A stretch of DNA of 28,478 nucleotides from Elusimicrobiota bacterium (GCA_043811535.1 JBDRNC010000019.1:1-28478); one strand, 5' to 3'. Counted from the first letter of the stretch, positions 7,543-16,526 are shown. Notes: generated by a model not told the origin, from the sequence alone. Numbers and translations: made by a program.

Positions 7543-9366
7543 TTACTTAAGCAGCATCAACAGCACGACGGCCGTGCCTACGACGGACCAGATAAGGTAG
7601 CTGGAATAATTACCGTCGTGCAAGGTGCAGGATATATGCCCGAAAAAATACGTGATATTCACGGTAAATCTGTCGTACATCCAGTCTATGCCCTTGTCTA
7701 CCCTCCACAAAAGCACGTTGAGCCATCCCGCGGCTTTCATGCCGGATTCGTACGGGTCGGAGTATTTGTTGTCGGTTCCGTTGTATATGGTGTTGAGCAC
7801 GGGCGCGTGGTGTATGTGGTCCGAGGCGCCTACGCCTTTCCCGGACTTGCGTACGCCGTATATATGGTTAAGAAGCGCCGCGATGAGCACTGCCACGGAA
7901 ATCAATACCAGCATGATGTTCGCGTGCGGGATTGCAAACGCCTCGCCGGTTCCGGCGAGCGCCGGGGCGAAGAAGTTGTGTATAGGTATGCTCTTGAACA
8001 GGCCGAAGAAGACGCAGGCAAGGGCTATCACGCCCATTGAGACCAGCATCGGGACGGGGGCTTCCTTGACGTTCTTGTGTTCCTCGCTGGATTTGCCCAG
8101 AAATGCCGCGTGCCCGAGTTTGAGAAACGACGCGGCCGTAAAGAAAGAGCCTACAATCGCCGCCAGGTAGAATATCCATCCTCTTTCAAGGGCGGCGTCA
8201 TAAATCAGTTCTTTAGAAAAGAAGCCGTTCAGCGGAGGGACTCCGGATATGGCCGCCGCGGTAATAAGGAACGCGATGAATGTGACCGGCATTTTCGTCC
8301 CTATGCCGCCGAGTTTTTTCAGGTCGGTGGTGCCGGCCTGCTTCTCAACGGCGCCGCCGGTCATGAACAGGCAGCTTTTGTAAAGAGCATTGTTAACCAT
8401 GTGGAACAGGCCGCCTATTATCCCGATCGGAAGCGCTGTGCCGATGCCCAGTATCATGTAGCCGACCTGGCTGATAGCGTGGTATGAAAGCAGTTTCTTG
8501 AAATCTTTCTGTATAAGCGCCATCATGACCGCGAAAACTATGGTAATCGCGCCTATGATCATCATGACGACGGTCACGGGTGATTCCGGGGTTATGGCGA
8601 ACATGTCAACTGTGATTCGTGTGAGAAAATATATTCCGATGAGTTTTTCCATCGCGGCCGGAAGATAAGACATGAAAGGCATCGGAGCGTCGATAGCGGC
8701 GTCGGGTATCCAGCTGTGAAAAGGCATCGCGCCCGATTTGGCTATCGCGCCGATCATCAGGAGTACGAAGGCGGCCGTGCCGAAGCGGGTCAGCGGAATA
8801 TGCATCTCTGAGATAGTAAACGTGCCCGAAGCGTATATGGCAGCCGCTATGCCGAGCATCATGCACAGGTCGGTAAACCCTATGATAATAAAGGCTTTGA
8901 CCGCGGTTTTATGCGAGTCGGCGCCGCCCAGCGATATCATGGCGTATGTCGTTATGAGCAGTCCTTCCCAGAAGAAGAACATGAGGATAAGATTGTTTGA
9001 AAGCACCGCTCCGTTTATCATGGCGGTGGTAAGGAGAAGGAAGAAATAGAATTTACCCGAAATGGGGTTTTCTTTCAGATATGAATACGAAAAAAGGAGC
9101 ACGAGGAAAGTGAAGAAAGCCGACGCGAGCAGAATGAAACTGTTGAAATGAAAGAGCCTGAGAGAAAAATCCATCCCGAAGCCGGCCCATGGAACCGAAA
9201 TCAGCGCTTCTTTCCCGAACATCATCGCGGCTACCGGCAGCATCAAGGCCGAGCCCGCCAAAGCCGGTATTACTGCGGTCCTTTTCGGCAGAAATAGCGC
9301 GATAAGCCCTGCTATCAGCGGTATGGTTATTGGAAGGGTCAATACGTATATATCGTTCAGGTTCAT
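7543..9366 (-). CDS. Proton-conducting antiporter-like subunit 2 (NuoL/MrpA/HyfB-like, long form)
   Basis: FFFWE, KSGAMPFHSWIPDA, KKLLSYHAISQVG, GVPPLNGFFSKE; NuoL-like C-terminal extension. Confidence 0.93.
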   Translation of the reverse strand: MNLNDIYVLTLPITIPLIAGLIALFLPKRTAVIPALAGSALMLPVAAMMFGKEALISVPWAGFGMDFSLRLFHFNSFILLASAFFTFLVLLFSYSYLKENPISGKFYFFLLLTTAMINGAVLSNNLILMFFFWEGLLITTYAMISLGGADSHKTAVKAFIIIGFTDLCMMLGIAAAIYASGTFTISEMHIPLTRFGTAAFVLLMIGAIAKSGAMPFHSWIPDAAIDAPMPFMSYLPAAMEKLIGIYFLTRITVDMFAITPESPVTVVMMIIGAITIVFAVMMALIQKDFKKLLSYHAISQVGYMILGIGTALPIGIIGGLFHMVNNALYKSCLFMTGGAVEKQAGTTDLKKLGGIGTKMPVTFIAFLITAAAISGVPPLNGFFSKELIYDAALERGWIFYLAAIVGSFFTAASFLKLGHAAFLGKSSEEHKNVKEAPVPMLVSMGVIALACVFFGLFKSIPIHNFFAPALAGTGEAFAIPHANIMLVLISVAVLIAALLNHIYGVRKSGKGVGASDHIHHAPVLNTIYNGTDNKYSDPYESGMKAAGWLNVLLWRVDKGIDWMYDRFTVNITYFFGHISCTLHDGNYSSYLIWSVVGTAVVLLMLLK

Positions 9367-10805
9367 TTCATGATCCCTATCATCTGCTGCACTGCCAGGC
9401 CGACGTAACTTGACGGGAAACTAATCAGAATTCCGCCGGCTACCGAAAGCACCGCGAGAGACACTATTGAAGCTATCATTATCGGGGATTTTTCAGGGGC
9501 CGGTTTTTTTGCCTCGCCCATGAATATAAGGATGAAAAGCCTGAAAAGGTATAAAATGGTCAGAAAAGCGATGAATACGTACATTGCCGCGATAACCGGG
9601 TGTTTCGCCGCTACTGTTCCAGAAATTACCATATATTTTCCGAAGAAGCCGCCAAGAGGGGGTATACCCATGACCGAAAACGCGCTTATAAGGAAGACAA
9701 CGGCCGTAACGGGCATGGTTTTGAAAAGCCCGCCGAGCGCGGTGATGTCTTTTGTCTTTGTATTTTGCTCAATTATGCCGGCGCATAAAAACAATCCGCC
9801 TTTAGAGAAAGCGTGCATGAGAATATAAAGCATTGCGCCCGCGATACCCATGGGGCTTCCGGAAGCAAGTCCGAGGAATATAAACCCTATCTGGCTCACG
9901 GTGGAGTAGGCGATGATGCGCTTCATGTCCGTTTCAATGAATGCCGCGCCCGCCGATACTATGGCGCTTACGCCTCCGATTATCATTACCGTCATCTGCC
10001 AGTCCGCGCTCAAAGGCAGCGTCGCTATGAACAGCCTGGCGAAAACATACACGCCTATCTTGACGAGCACCGCGGCGTGCAGCAGGGCTGTGACCGGGGA
10101 AGGCGCTACGCCGGCGTCCGGCAGCCAGGTATGAAGCGGCAGGGTGGCGGATTTTGACAGTATCCCGAGCAGTATGAGCCCGACTGCCAGCGACGGCAGG
10201 GGATTCACTGAATAGAACTCTTTAAGCTGTTGAAGGTCGAAAGTGCCCGCCTGGCTGTACATTAATATGAAGCCGATAAGCATCATCAGGGCGCCGAATA
10301 CCGTGACCAGGAAGGCCTTGTCCGCCTTAAGCATGTAATCTTTGGTCCTGAAAAAGCCGATAAGGCGCCAGGAAGTGATAGCGGTAATCTCCCAGAACAC
10401 ATATAGTAGTATAAGGTTGGCGGAGAAGCAGATACCCATCATCGCGCCGAGGAACATATCCACCATCAGGTAGTATTCGTCACGGTATTTGTAATGGGAA
10501 ATGTATCCGAAAGAGTAAATTATGATTATGGAGCTGACGAGGCTTGAAACCGTCGCCATGAAGACGGCGAGCATGTCCGCGTGAAGCACGAAATTGAAAC
10601 CGAACGGCAGCTGCCGCGTTATAGTTATGGTCTGTCCGGAAATAACGGCTGGTATAAGGGACGCGGAGCATACTAGCGCGGCAAGCGCGAAACAAAGCGC
10701 GAAAAGATTCCTCGCTTTTTCCGATATTTTAGATATCAGGGGCAAAAGAACAGAGCCCGCCAGCGGCGCGAATATGGTTATCAGGATAAGAAGTTTATAA
10801 TTCAT
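9363..10805 (-). CDS. Proton-conducting antiporter-like subunit 1 (NuoL/M, MrpD-like)
   Basis: LYVFWE, KSATLPLHTWLPDAGVAPSPVTALLH, KRIIAYSTVSQIG, GIPPLGGFFGK. Confidence 0.93.
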   Translation of the reverse strand: MNYKLLILITIFAPLAGSVLLPLISKISEKARNLFALCFALAALVCSASLIPAVISGQTITITRQLPFGFNFVLHADMLAVFMATVSSLVSSIIIIYSFGYISHYKYRDEYYLMVDMFLGAMMGICFSANLILLYVFWEITAITSWRLIGFFRTKDYMLKADKAFLVTVFGALMMLIGFILMYSQAGTFDLQQLKEFYSVNPLPSLAVGLILLGILSKSATLPLHTWLPDAGVAPSPVTALLHAAVLVKIGVYVFARLFIATLPLSADWQMTVMIIGGVSAIVSAGAAFIETDMKRIIAYSTVSQIGFIFLGLASGSPMGIAGAMLYILMHAFSKGGLFLCAGIIEQNTKTKDITALGGLFKTMPVTAVVFLISAFSVMGIPPLGGFFGKYMVISGTVAAKHPVIAAMYVFIAFLTILYLFRLFILIFMGEAKKPAPEKSPIMIASIVSLAVLSVAGGILISFPSSYVGLAVQQMIGIMK

Positions 10806-10879
10806 CGTTTTACGTAAAAAACGCCCTTATCACACTTGCCCTGTGTTTAACAAGGACACTATTGTCTCTTTCTTAATTT

Positions 10880-11033
10880 GAGATTATTGAAAAACCCCAA
10901 TAATCTCTGATTACACTGATTTTTAAGTGATTACACAGATTAAATCCCGTCGGTGTTTCTGTGTAATCTGTTTTTTTAAATCCCGATAAATCGGGACTCC
11001 ATTAATTGCTTGTCGGAAGTCGTCTGTGTAATC
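10880..11033. repeat. GATTACAC/GTGTAATC repeat cluster with hairpins in the hydrogenase operon leader
   Basis: GAGATTATTG/CAATAATCTC stem; GATTACAC x2 then GTGTAATC x2; TCCCGAT/ATCGGGA palindrome; 10880-10941 matches 18381-18443 in inverse orientation. Confidence 0.85.
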
Positions 11034-11134
11034 AAGGCCGTTGAGTGCTTTTTTAACGGTCTCAATTTGGGAGTTTCTGTTTTGAGTTGTCAGTATATAG
11101 GAATACGGAGACAAATATGGGCTAATTTCATGGA

Positions 11135-11164
11135 ATTATACATAATTAACAAATTGCTTGTCAA
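11135..11164 (-). promoter_or_regulatory. sigma70-type promoter of the hydrogenase operon
   Basis: Minus strand TTGACA (11164-11159), 18 nt, TATAAT (11140-11135). Confidence 0.75.
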
Positions 11165-11286
11165 GTATTTCTTCGACGCAGGAGCCTTTTTCAGGCGGAA
11201 AATTTTTTTTCAGGCACTTATCCGGAATGAACGAATGAATCATTTCTATTTGAAAAATATTTCCTTTCTTTAGTTTATTTCAGGGC

Positions 11287-11315
11287 TTGCATTGTAATAT
11301 CAAAATTAGTATAAT
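11287..11315 (+). promoter_or_regulatory. sigma70-type promoter for the divergent gene run
   Basis: TTGCAT, 17 nt, TATAAT; SD GAGGTG before ATG 11359. Confidence 0.7.
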
Positions 11316-11358
11316 CGTTTATCATCGCTGAAATCATACTAAATCTGAGAGGTGTAAA

Positions 11359-12630
11359 ATGTTTGGAAAATCCCTGAAAACAGCTTTTCTTTTGTCTTCG
11401 CTGGTAATGCTCCTTTCCGGCGCTGCGGCTTTCGCGGAAGACAATTACGATAAGCTCGCAAAAGAGCTTACCGAAGTCGAAAAATCGACAACTCAGGCAA
11501 AAATAGCCATTATACCTTTCAGTTACTTAGACAAGAGAAAATCAGACGGCGGCGCCATCGTTTCGGAGCGCCTTACGACGCGCATAGGCAAGATGAAAAA
11601 GTTCCAGGTGATAGAAAGATCGCTCCTGGAGAACGTCCTGCAGGAACAGCATCTTGAGGCATCAGGGCTGGTTGACGCCGAGACGGCGAAGCAGATAGGA
11701 AAGGTGCTCGGCGTTGAAGCGATAATCAACGGAACGCTGCTTGACATCGGGGGCGGGATGGTTGAAGTCAACGCAAGGTTGATAAAGACCGAAACAGCGG
11801 AAGTGATGACAACGGCTTCTGTCCAGGTAAAGAAGATATGGACCGACGTATCCGTCGCCCAGGCATCCCAGCCTCAGGCCGCCCAGCCTCAGGCCGCCCA
11901 GCCTCCGGCCGAAGAACCCGTTCAGGAAGAACCGGCCGCGCCTGTGTATAAGGCCCCGGCGAAGAAAGTTAACGGTTATTTCGATATTTTCTTCCTTGCC
12001 TCAAGCAACGCGAAGATGGATCTTTCATTCAGTAATACGCGCAGGCGGATCTACGAAGAAGAGCTTGATTTTGACTTGAACGACTATCGGTATAAAACGG
12101 TAAAATTTACCGGCATGACCGCCGAATCCAGCATGCCCATAGGGATGAGATTCGTAGGTTACGGGAAACACTGGGGTTTCGGGTGGGAACTGTCATATAT
12201 GGAAACCACTTTAAAGAAACAGGAGACGAAAGTCCAGCTGGACAACTACACGGGCGTTGATTTCGAGTTCTATAACGACGGCTATATTAAAATGACATCG
12301 CTGAACTTTCTGTCCGGAGACCTGTTGTTCAGGTTTTCCGACGGCATAGTCCAGCCGTACTTTGGTATCGGTTTTGGGCTGACACTCAATACGGTTACTT
12401 CCGATCATATAACAGTGTCAAGAGGGAAACTCTCGGCGATGGGCATTGGTTTTCTGGCGAGATTCCCCATACTTGGATTAAGGATCAATGCCGGCGAGAA
12501 CACCTCGTTTTTCGGCGAGATGCGCACACTCACGAACGGCATGTCGTTCGACAGGGATATAGTCGACGAAAAGGACGAGTTGACGGTTCAGGCCACTCAG
12601 ATCCTTGTGGGAATCGGCTTTAAAATGTAG
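11359..12630 (+). CDS. Exported protein: CsgG/HfaB/FlgO-like domain, Q/P/A linker, outer-membrane beta-barrel
   Basis: Signal peptide ending AFA; KIAIIPF, FQVIERSLLENVLQEQ, IGKVLGVEAIING, VNARLIKTET; PYFGIGFG and C-terminal LVGIGFKM beta-strand pattern. Confidence 0.8.
   Translation: MFGKSLKTAFLLSSLVMLLSGAAAFAEDNYDKLAKELTEVEKSTTQAKIAIIPFSYLDKRKSDGGAIVSERLTTRIGKMKKFQVIERSLLENVLQEQHLEASGLVDAETAKQIGKVLGVEAIINGTLLDIGGGMVEVNARLIKTETAEVMTTASVQVKKIWTDVSVAQASQPQAAQPQAAQPPAEEPVQEEPAAPVYKAPAKKVNGYFDIFFLASSNAKMDLSFSNTRRRIYEEELDFDLNDYRYKTVKFTGMTAESSMPIGMRFVGYGKHWGFGWELSYMETTLKKQETKVQLDNYTGVDFEFYNDGYIKMTSLNFLSGDLLFRFSDGIVQPYFGIGFGLTLNTVTSDHITVSRGKLSAMGIGFLARFPILGLRINAGENTSFFGEMRTLTNGMSFDRDIVDEKDELTVQATQILVGIGFKM
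11867..11911 (+). repeat. 15-bp coding tandem repeat x3 (QPQAA linker)
   Basis: CCCAGCCTCAGGCCG x2 plus CCCAGCCTCCGGCCG. Confidence 0.9.
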
Positions 12631-12766
12631 TGATTCCACACCCGCCTCAAGAATATAATATAAACGATCTTCAGCAGCGCGCATACGCCCGGTATTTTAT
12701 ATCAGGCGGCTTTTTCGTTTTAACCTGCAAGACGGTAAAATATGAATATCATGCATATTTTCTGAC

Positions 12767-13630
12767 ATGAACATTGCAAGCGGCTCGCTTTCAACTCCGG
12801 ACGGGACGATAATAGCGTACCATCACTACACTAATAACCACAGGTTTTTGGTCGTGTCGGCGCACGGTTTTTACGACAGCAAGGATTCCGCGCTTTCAAA
12901 GAAACTGGCAAAAAACCTTGCGGAGAATTACGACGTATTGTGTTTTGATTTTAGGGGGCACGGCAAGAGTTCGGGGCTTTTTACCTGGACGGCGAAAGAA
13001 AGCGAGGACCTTGAGACGGTCTTGAAATACATACAGGGACGCTACGTTAAGACGGGCCTGATAGGTTTTTCCATGGGAGGCAGCATCGGCATCAACACGC
13101 TCGCGTCGACCGATATCGTGAACTCTTTCGTCTGCGTGAGCGCGCCTTCGGATGTCAGCAGGATTGACTACAGGCTCTGGGAACTTAATCCCGAAAATGA
13201 GATAATATACTCGCTTTTCACGAAGGAAGGCCGCAAAGGCAAGGGAGTCAGGCCGGGGCCGTTCTGGCTTGAAAAGGAAAAACCGATAGATTCCATAGGG
13301 AAAGTCAGAGTGCCCGTCATGTATATACACGGAACAAACGACTGGCTGATCAAGCCGTGGCATTCGCAGGTCCTCTACGATAAAACTCCGACGCACAAAA
13401 AACTGCATATGATAGATGGCGGGCCGCACGCCGAGTACCTTCTGCTGAAACATGATAAAGAAACGCTGTCCCTGATAAAAAACTGGTTTGACGAGACGCT
13501 CGGCGAAGGCAAAGCCCAGCTTCCCATGATAGAAAAAAACAAATGGAAAATATTCTTCCGAAAAATTGCAGATTCGCTTTCGCGGGCCGCGGTCCGGATA
13601 AAGAAAGCGGTTTTCCGCTCCAATTCGTAA
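12767..13630 (+). CDS. Alpha/beta-fold serine hydrolase
   Basis: HGF, DFRGHGKS, GFSMG nucleophile elbow, HGTND, GGPH. Confidence 0.92.
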   Translation: MNIASGSLSTPDGTIIAYHHYTNNHRFLVVSAHGFYDSKDSALSKKLAKNLAENYDVLCFDFRGHGKSSGLFTWTAKESEDLETVLKYIQGRYVKTGLIGFSMGGSIGINTLASTDIVNSFVCVSAPSDVSRIDYRLWELNPENEIIYSLFTKEGRKGKGVRPGPFWLEKEKPIDSIGKVRVPVMYIHGTNDWLIKPWHSQVLYDKTPTHKKLHMIDGGPHAEYLLLKHDKETLSLIKNWFDETLGEGKAQLPMIEKNKWKIFFRKIADSLSRAAVRIKKAVFRSNS

Positions 13631-15525
13631 AACCAAGCCGCGTTCTGGCGCTGAACGACCCCTCTGAACTTGACGGGTTCTTCGGCGAACTTGAAACGCT
13701 TACCCGCCGTTACTACGTCGCCGGTTTTTTCAGTTACGAGTTCGGCTATCTTCTTGAACCGAAATTCGGCCGTCAATGCAAGAGCCGTTTTCCATACGCG
13801 GTTTTCGCCGCGTTCAACGGGGTTTCCCCATGGAGCGGAGGATTTGGCGGAGGAAGACGCGGAAATTACGGGATTTCCGGGCTAAGGCTTGACGTGCCGC
13901 GGAGAAGATACGTTAGCAATGTTTCAAAACTCAAAAGATACATCGCCGCGGGTGATATTTACCAGGCGAATTACACGATGAAATATAAATTCGGATTTTC
14001 CGGCTCGCCGGAGGCCTTTTTTGAAGACCTCGCGGGCAGGCAGGGCGCGGAATATAACTTTTTCGCGCGGTTCGGGGATATACGGATCTTATCGGCGTCA
14101 CCGGAGCTTTTTTTCAGGATAAAAGGCAGGAAGATAACAGTCAAGCCCATGAAAGGCACGATTTGCAGGGGCAGGTTCCCGCGCGAAGACATGGAAAACG
14201 CGGCGGCGCTTGCGTTGAGCCGGAAAGACAGAAGTGAAAACGTGATGATAGTGGACGTGCTGAGGAATGATCTCGGACGGATAGCCGAGCGCGGCTCAGT
14301 CAGGACCACAAAGCTTTTTGAGGTTGAAAAATATAAAACACTTTTTCAGATGACGTCCAGCGTGGAAGCGAAACTGAAAAAGGGGACCGGACTGAAAGAC
14401 CTTTTCAAAGCGATTTATCCGTCCGCGTCGGTGACGGGCGCGCCGAAGATCAGGGCGATGGAAATTATCAGGGAAACAGAGAATGAGCCCAGGAAGGTCT
14501 ACACGGGAGCGGTGGGTTTTTTCAAGCCCGGCGGCGACGCGTTATTCAGTGTTGCGATAAGGACGGCGCTGCTGGAAGGCGCCAGGGGCGAGATGGGCAT
14601 AGGCAGCGGCATAGTAAACGACTCGTCGCCGGGAAAGGAATACGAAGAATGCCGGCTGAAAGGCAGCTTTTTTACCCCGTTAGAGAAGCTTCATCGTATG
14701 AGCGGACGGCGCAAAAATTCTTCCACGAAATTATGTAAGAATACGTTATCTCTAACGGGGTTTACGGACAACGCCCCGGATTTTTGTCTCCGCGAAACTA
14801 TGCTGTATGATGGCGGGATGGAGACCGATGAGCATTCTCGTCAGAATAATAAAGGAAGCACTCTCATTACTGGGCGACATCCCGCTTTTATGCCGCGACA
14901 TGACCGTAGGGTTCAAGATGGCGGGATCAGGAACTTAACCGGACATATTGAAAGGCTTGCTTCGTCCTGCGGGTATTTCGGGTTTAGTCTTGACAGGAAA
15001 CACATACTGAAAAAACTAGCCGCCTTTACCGAAAAACTCGGGAAGGCGCGCCACAGGGTCCGGCTGAAACTTTCGAAAAACGGCGTCCCGGAGATCATCG
15101 GCGCTGAGATTCAGGATTCCGAACTCGCAGGGAAAGAGTTTAAAATCAAGATTTCCGGAAAGAGGACCGATACCGGGAGTGTTTTTCTCTATCATAAGAC
15201 TTCAAACAGGGAACTCTACGACAGCGAGTTGAAAAAGGCCCGCTCGCGGGGTTTTGACGACGTCATATTCACGAATGAAAAAGGGGATGTCACCGAAGGC
15301 GCCAGGACCAATATTTACGCCGAAATAAAAGGGTCGCTGTTCACCCCGCCAATAAGCAGCGGCCTGCTTGAAGGTACGGTCAGGAGAAGGCTCGTTAAAT
15401 CCGGCCGGGCGAAAGAGAAGGTCCTGCGTCCGTCCGATTTGAAAAATGCCGACAGAATATTCGTATCCAATGCGGTGATAGGATTTGTAGAAGCAACCTT
15501 ACGGCGAAAAACGTGTAAAGCGTGA
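13543..15525 (+). CDS. pabB: Aminodeoxychorismate synthase component I fused to a class IV aminotransferase/ADC lyase domain
   Basis: GDIYQAN, SASPELF, KPMKGT, ENVMIVDVLRNDLGR, SVTGAPKIRAM, AIRT; C-terminal HIERL, HKT, TEGARTN, GLLEGTVR. Confidence 0.92.
   Translation: MENILPKNCRFAFAGRGPDKESGFPLQFVKPSRVLALNDPSELDGFFGELETLTRRYYVAGFFSYEFGYLLEPKFGRQCKSRFPYAVFAAFNGVSPWSGGFGGGRRGNYGISGLRLDVPRRRYVSNVSKLKRYIAAGDIYQANYTMKYKFGFSGSPEAFFEDLAGRQGAEYNFFARFGDIRILSASPELFFRIKGRKITVKPMKGTICRGRFPREDMENAAALALSRKDRSENVMIVDVLRNDLGRIAERGSVRTTKLFEVEKYKTLFQMTSSVEAKLKKGTGLKDLFKAIYPSASVTGAPKIRAMEIIRETENEPRKVYTGAVGFFKPGGDALFSVAIRTALLEGARGEMGIGSGIVNDSSPGKEYEECRLKGSFFTPLEKLHRMSGRRKNSSTKLCKNTLSLTGFTDNAPDFCLRETMLYDGGMETDEHSRQNNKGSTLITGRHPAFMPRHDRRVQDGGIRNLTGHIERLASSCGYFGFSLDRKHILKKLAAFTEKLGKARHRVRLKLSKNGVPEIIGAEIQDSELAGKEFKIKISGKRTDTGSVFLYHKTSNRELYDSELKKARSRGFDDVIFTNEKGDVTEGARTNIYAEIKGSLFTPPISSGLLEGTVRRRLVKSGRAKEKVLRPSDLKNADRIFVSNAVIGFVEATLRRKTCKA
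14675..14760. mobile_element. 86-bp MITE inserted in frame in pabB
   Basis: Perfect 12-bp TIRs CCCCGTTAGAGA/TCTCTAACGGGG flanked by TTTA direct repeats; 86+4 = 90 nt. Confidence 0.85.
14809..14927. mobile_element. Second in-frame insertion in pabB (108 nt)
   Basis: 11-bp direct repeat GATGGCGGGAT at 14809 and 14917; internal inverted copy CATCCCGC at 14878-14885. Confidence 0.7.
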
Positions 15526-15608
15526 TGTGTAATGTGTGATGAAAACTGCGTTAGCATGCGATAAAGTCAATTTCATTACACATCAAACATTGAACATTAC
15601 ACAACATT
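15523..15608. repeat. Inverted heptamer arrays (AATGTGT/CATTACA-type)
   Basis: tgatgtg taatgtg tgatg ... cattaca catcaaa cattgaa cattaca. Confidence 0.85.
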
Positions 15609-15611
15609 AAA

Positions 15612-16331
15612 ATGGCTATATTGGAAGTAGTAAATCTCACTAAGAAATTCAAGGACTGCACGGCGGTCGACGGGATCAGTTTTGAGCTGCATTCCGGCAG
15701 GATCACCGGGCTTCTCGGGCCGAACGGGGCGGGCAAGACCACCACCATTTACCTGATATTGGGCCTTGTGACTCCTACCGCGGGAAGTATCAGGGTCTTT
15801 GGCAAGGACATGGAAAAGCACAGGCAGGAGATACTCGGTAAATCCAATTTTTCATCGGCATTCACAAGCCTTCCATTCAACCTTACAGTCAGGCAGAATC
15901 TTTATTTCTTTTCGAAGCTTTACAACGTCAGGAACTGGGAAGACCGCGCGGATTTCCTGCTTGAAAAATTTGAATTGAAGGAAATGAAGAAAAAGAACAC
16001 CGGCCAGCTGTCATCCGGCCAGCTCACGCGGCTCAATCTCTGCAAGGCGCTGATAAATTCGCCGCAATTCCTCTGTCTTGACGAGCCGACCGCAAGCCTT
16101 GACCCGATATCAGCGAAAATAGTGAGGAAACAGCTGAAGGATATATGCGCCAAAGACGGCGTCACGATACTCTACACTTCGCATAACATGCACGAAGTGG
16201 AAGAGATATGCGACGAAGTCATATTTCTGCATCACGGAAAGATAAAGGCAAGGACGACCCCCAGGGAACTTGTAAGAGAACTCAAACAGAAGAATATGGA
16301 GGAAGTATTCTTCGAGCTGGCCAAAGAATAA
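15612..16331 (+). CDS. ABC transporter ATP-binding protein (ABC-2/DrrA-like)
   Basis: GPNGAGKTT, LSSGQ, LDEPT, SH switch. Confidence 0.95.
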   Translation: MAILEVVNLTKKFKDCTAVDGISFELHSGRITGLLGPNGAGKTTTIYLILGLVTPTAGSIRVFGKDMEKHRQEILGKSNFSSAFTSLPFNLTVRQNLYFFSKLYNVRNWEDRADFLLEKFELKEMKKKNTGQLSSGQLTRLNLCKALINSPQFLCLDEPTASLDPISAKIVRKQLKDICAKDGVTILYTSHNMHEVEEICDEVIFLHHGKIKARTTPRELVRELKQKNMEEVFFELAKE

Positions 16332-16340
16332 AATTGTTTT

Positions 16341-16471
16341 ATGTTTGATGTGTAATGTTGAATGAATACGACAGAAAGACACGTGCAATGTAAAAAGTGA
16401 AATGTGTAATTAAACGGCATCGCATTATTTGAATATAGATTCATTACACTTTAAACATTCCGCATTACACA
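16341..16471. repeat. Inverted heptamer arrays (same family as 15523-15608)
   Basis: atgtttg atgtgta atgttga; aatgtaa aaagtga aatgtgt; cattaca ctttaaa cattccg cattaca. Confidence 0.8.
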
Positions 16472-16526
16472 AGTAATATATCGGAGCGCCAATTTATTAT
16501 CCAAATTAATATTTGATTGGAAAACT

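Noticed and set aside
547..10800. Many plus-strand ORFs opposite the hydrogenase genes
   Set aside because: Antisense shadows of well-supported CDSs with no recognisable motifs
396..10805. Calling the operon NADH:quinone oxidoreductase (nuo)
   Set aside because: Ni-binding CxxC pairs, cleavable extension and HycI are present and NuoEFG is absent, so it is a hydrogenase
10923..11114. 63-aa minus-strand ORF in the hydrogenase leader
   Set aside because: TTG start without a clear SD and largely encoded by repeat DNA; a leader peptide cannot be excluded
11135..11153. Rex-like operator overlapping the hydrogenase promoter
   Set aside because: Only one half (TTGTTAA) resembles TTGTGAA-N4-TTCACAA; the spacing does not fit
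12896..13636. 246-aa minus-strand ORF
   Set aside because: Antisense to the alpha/beta hydrolase, with no motifs
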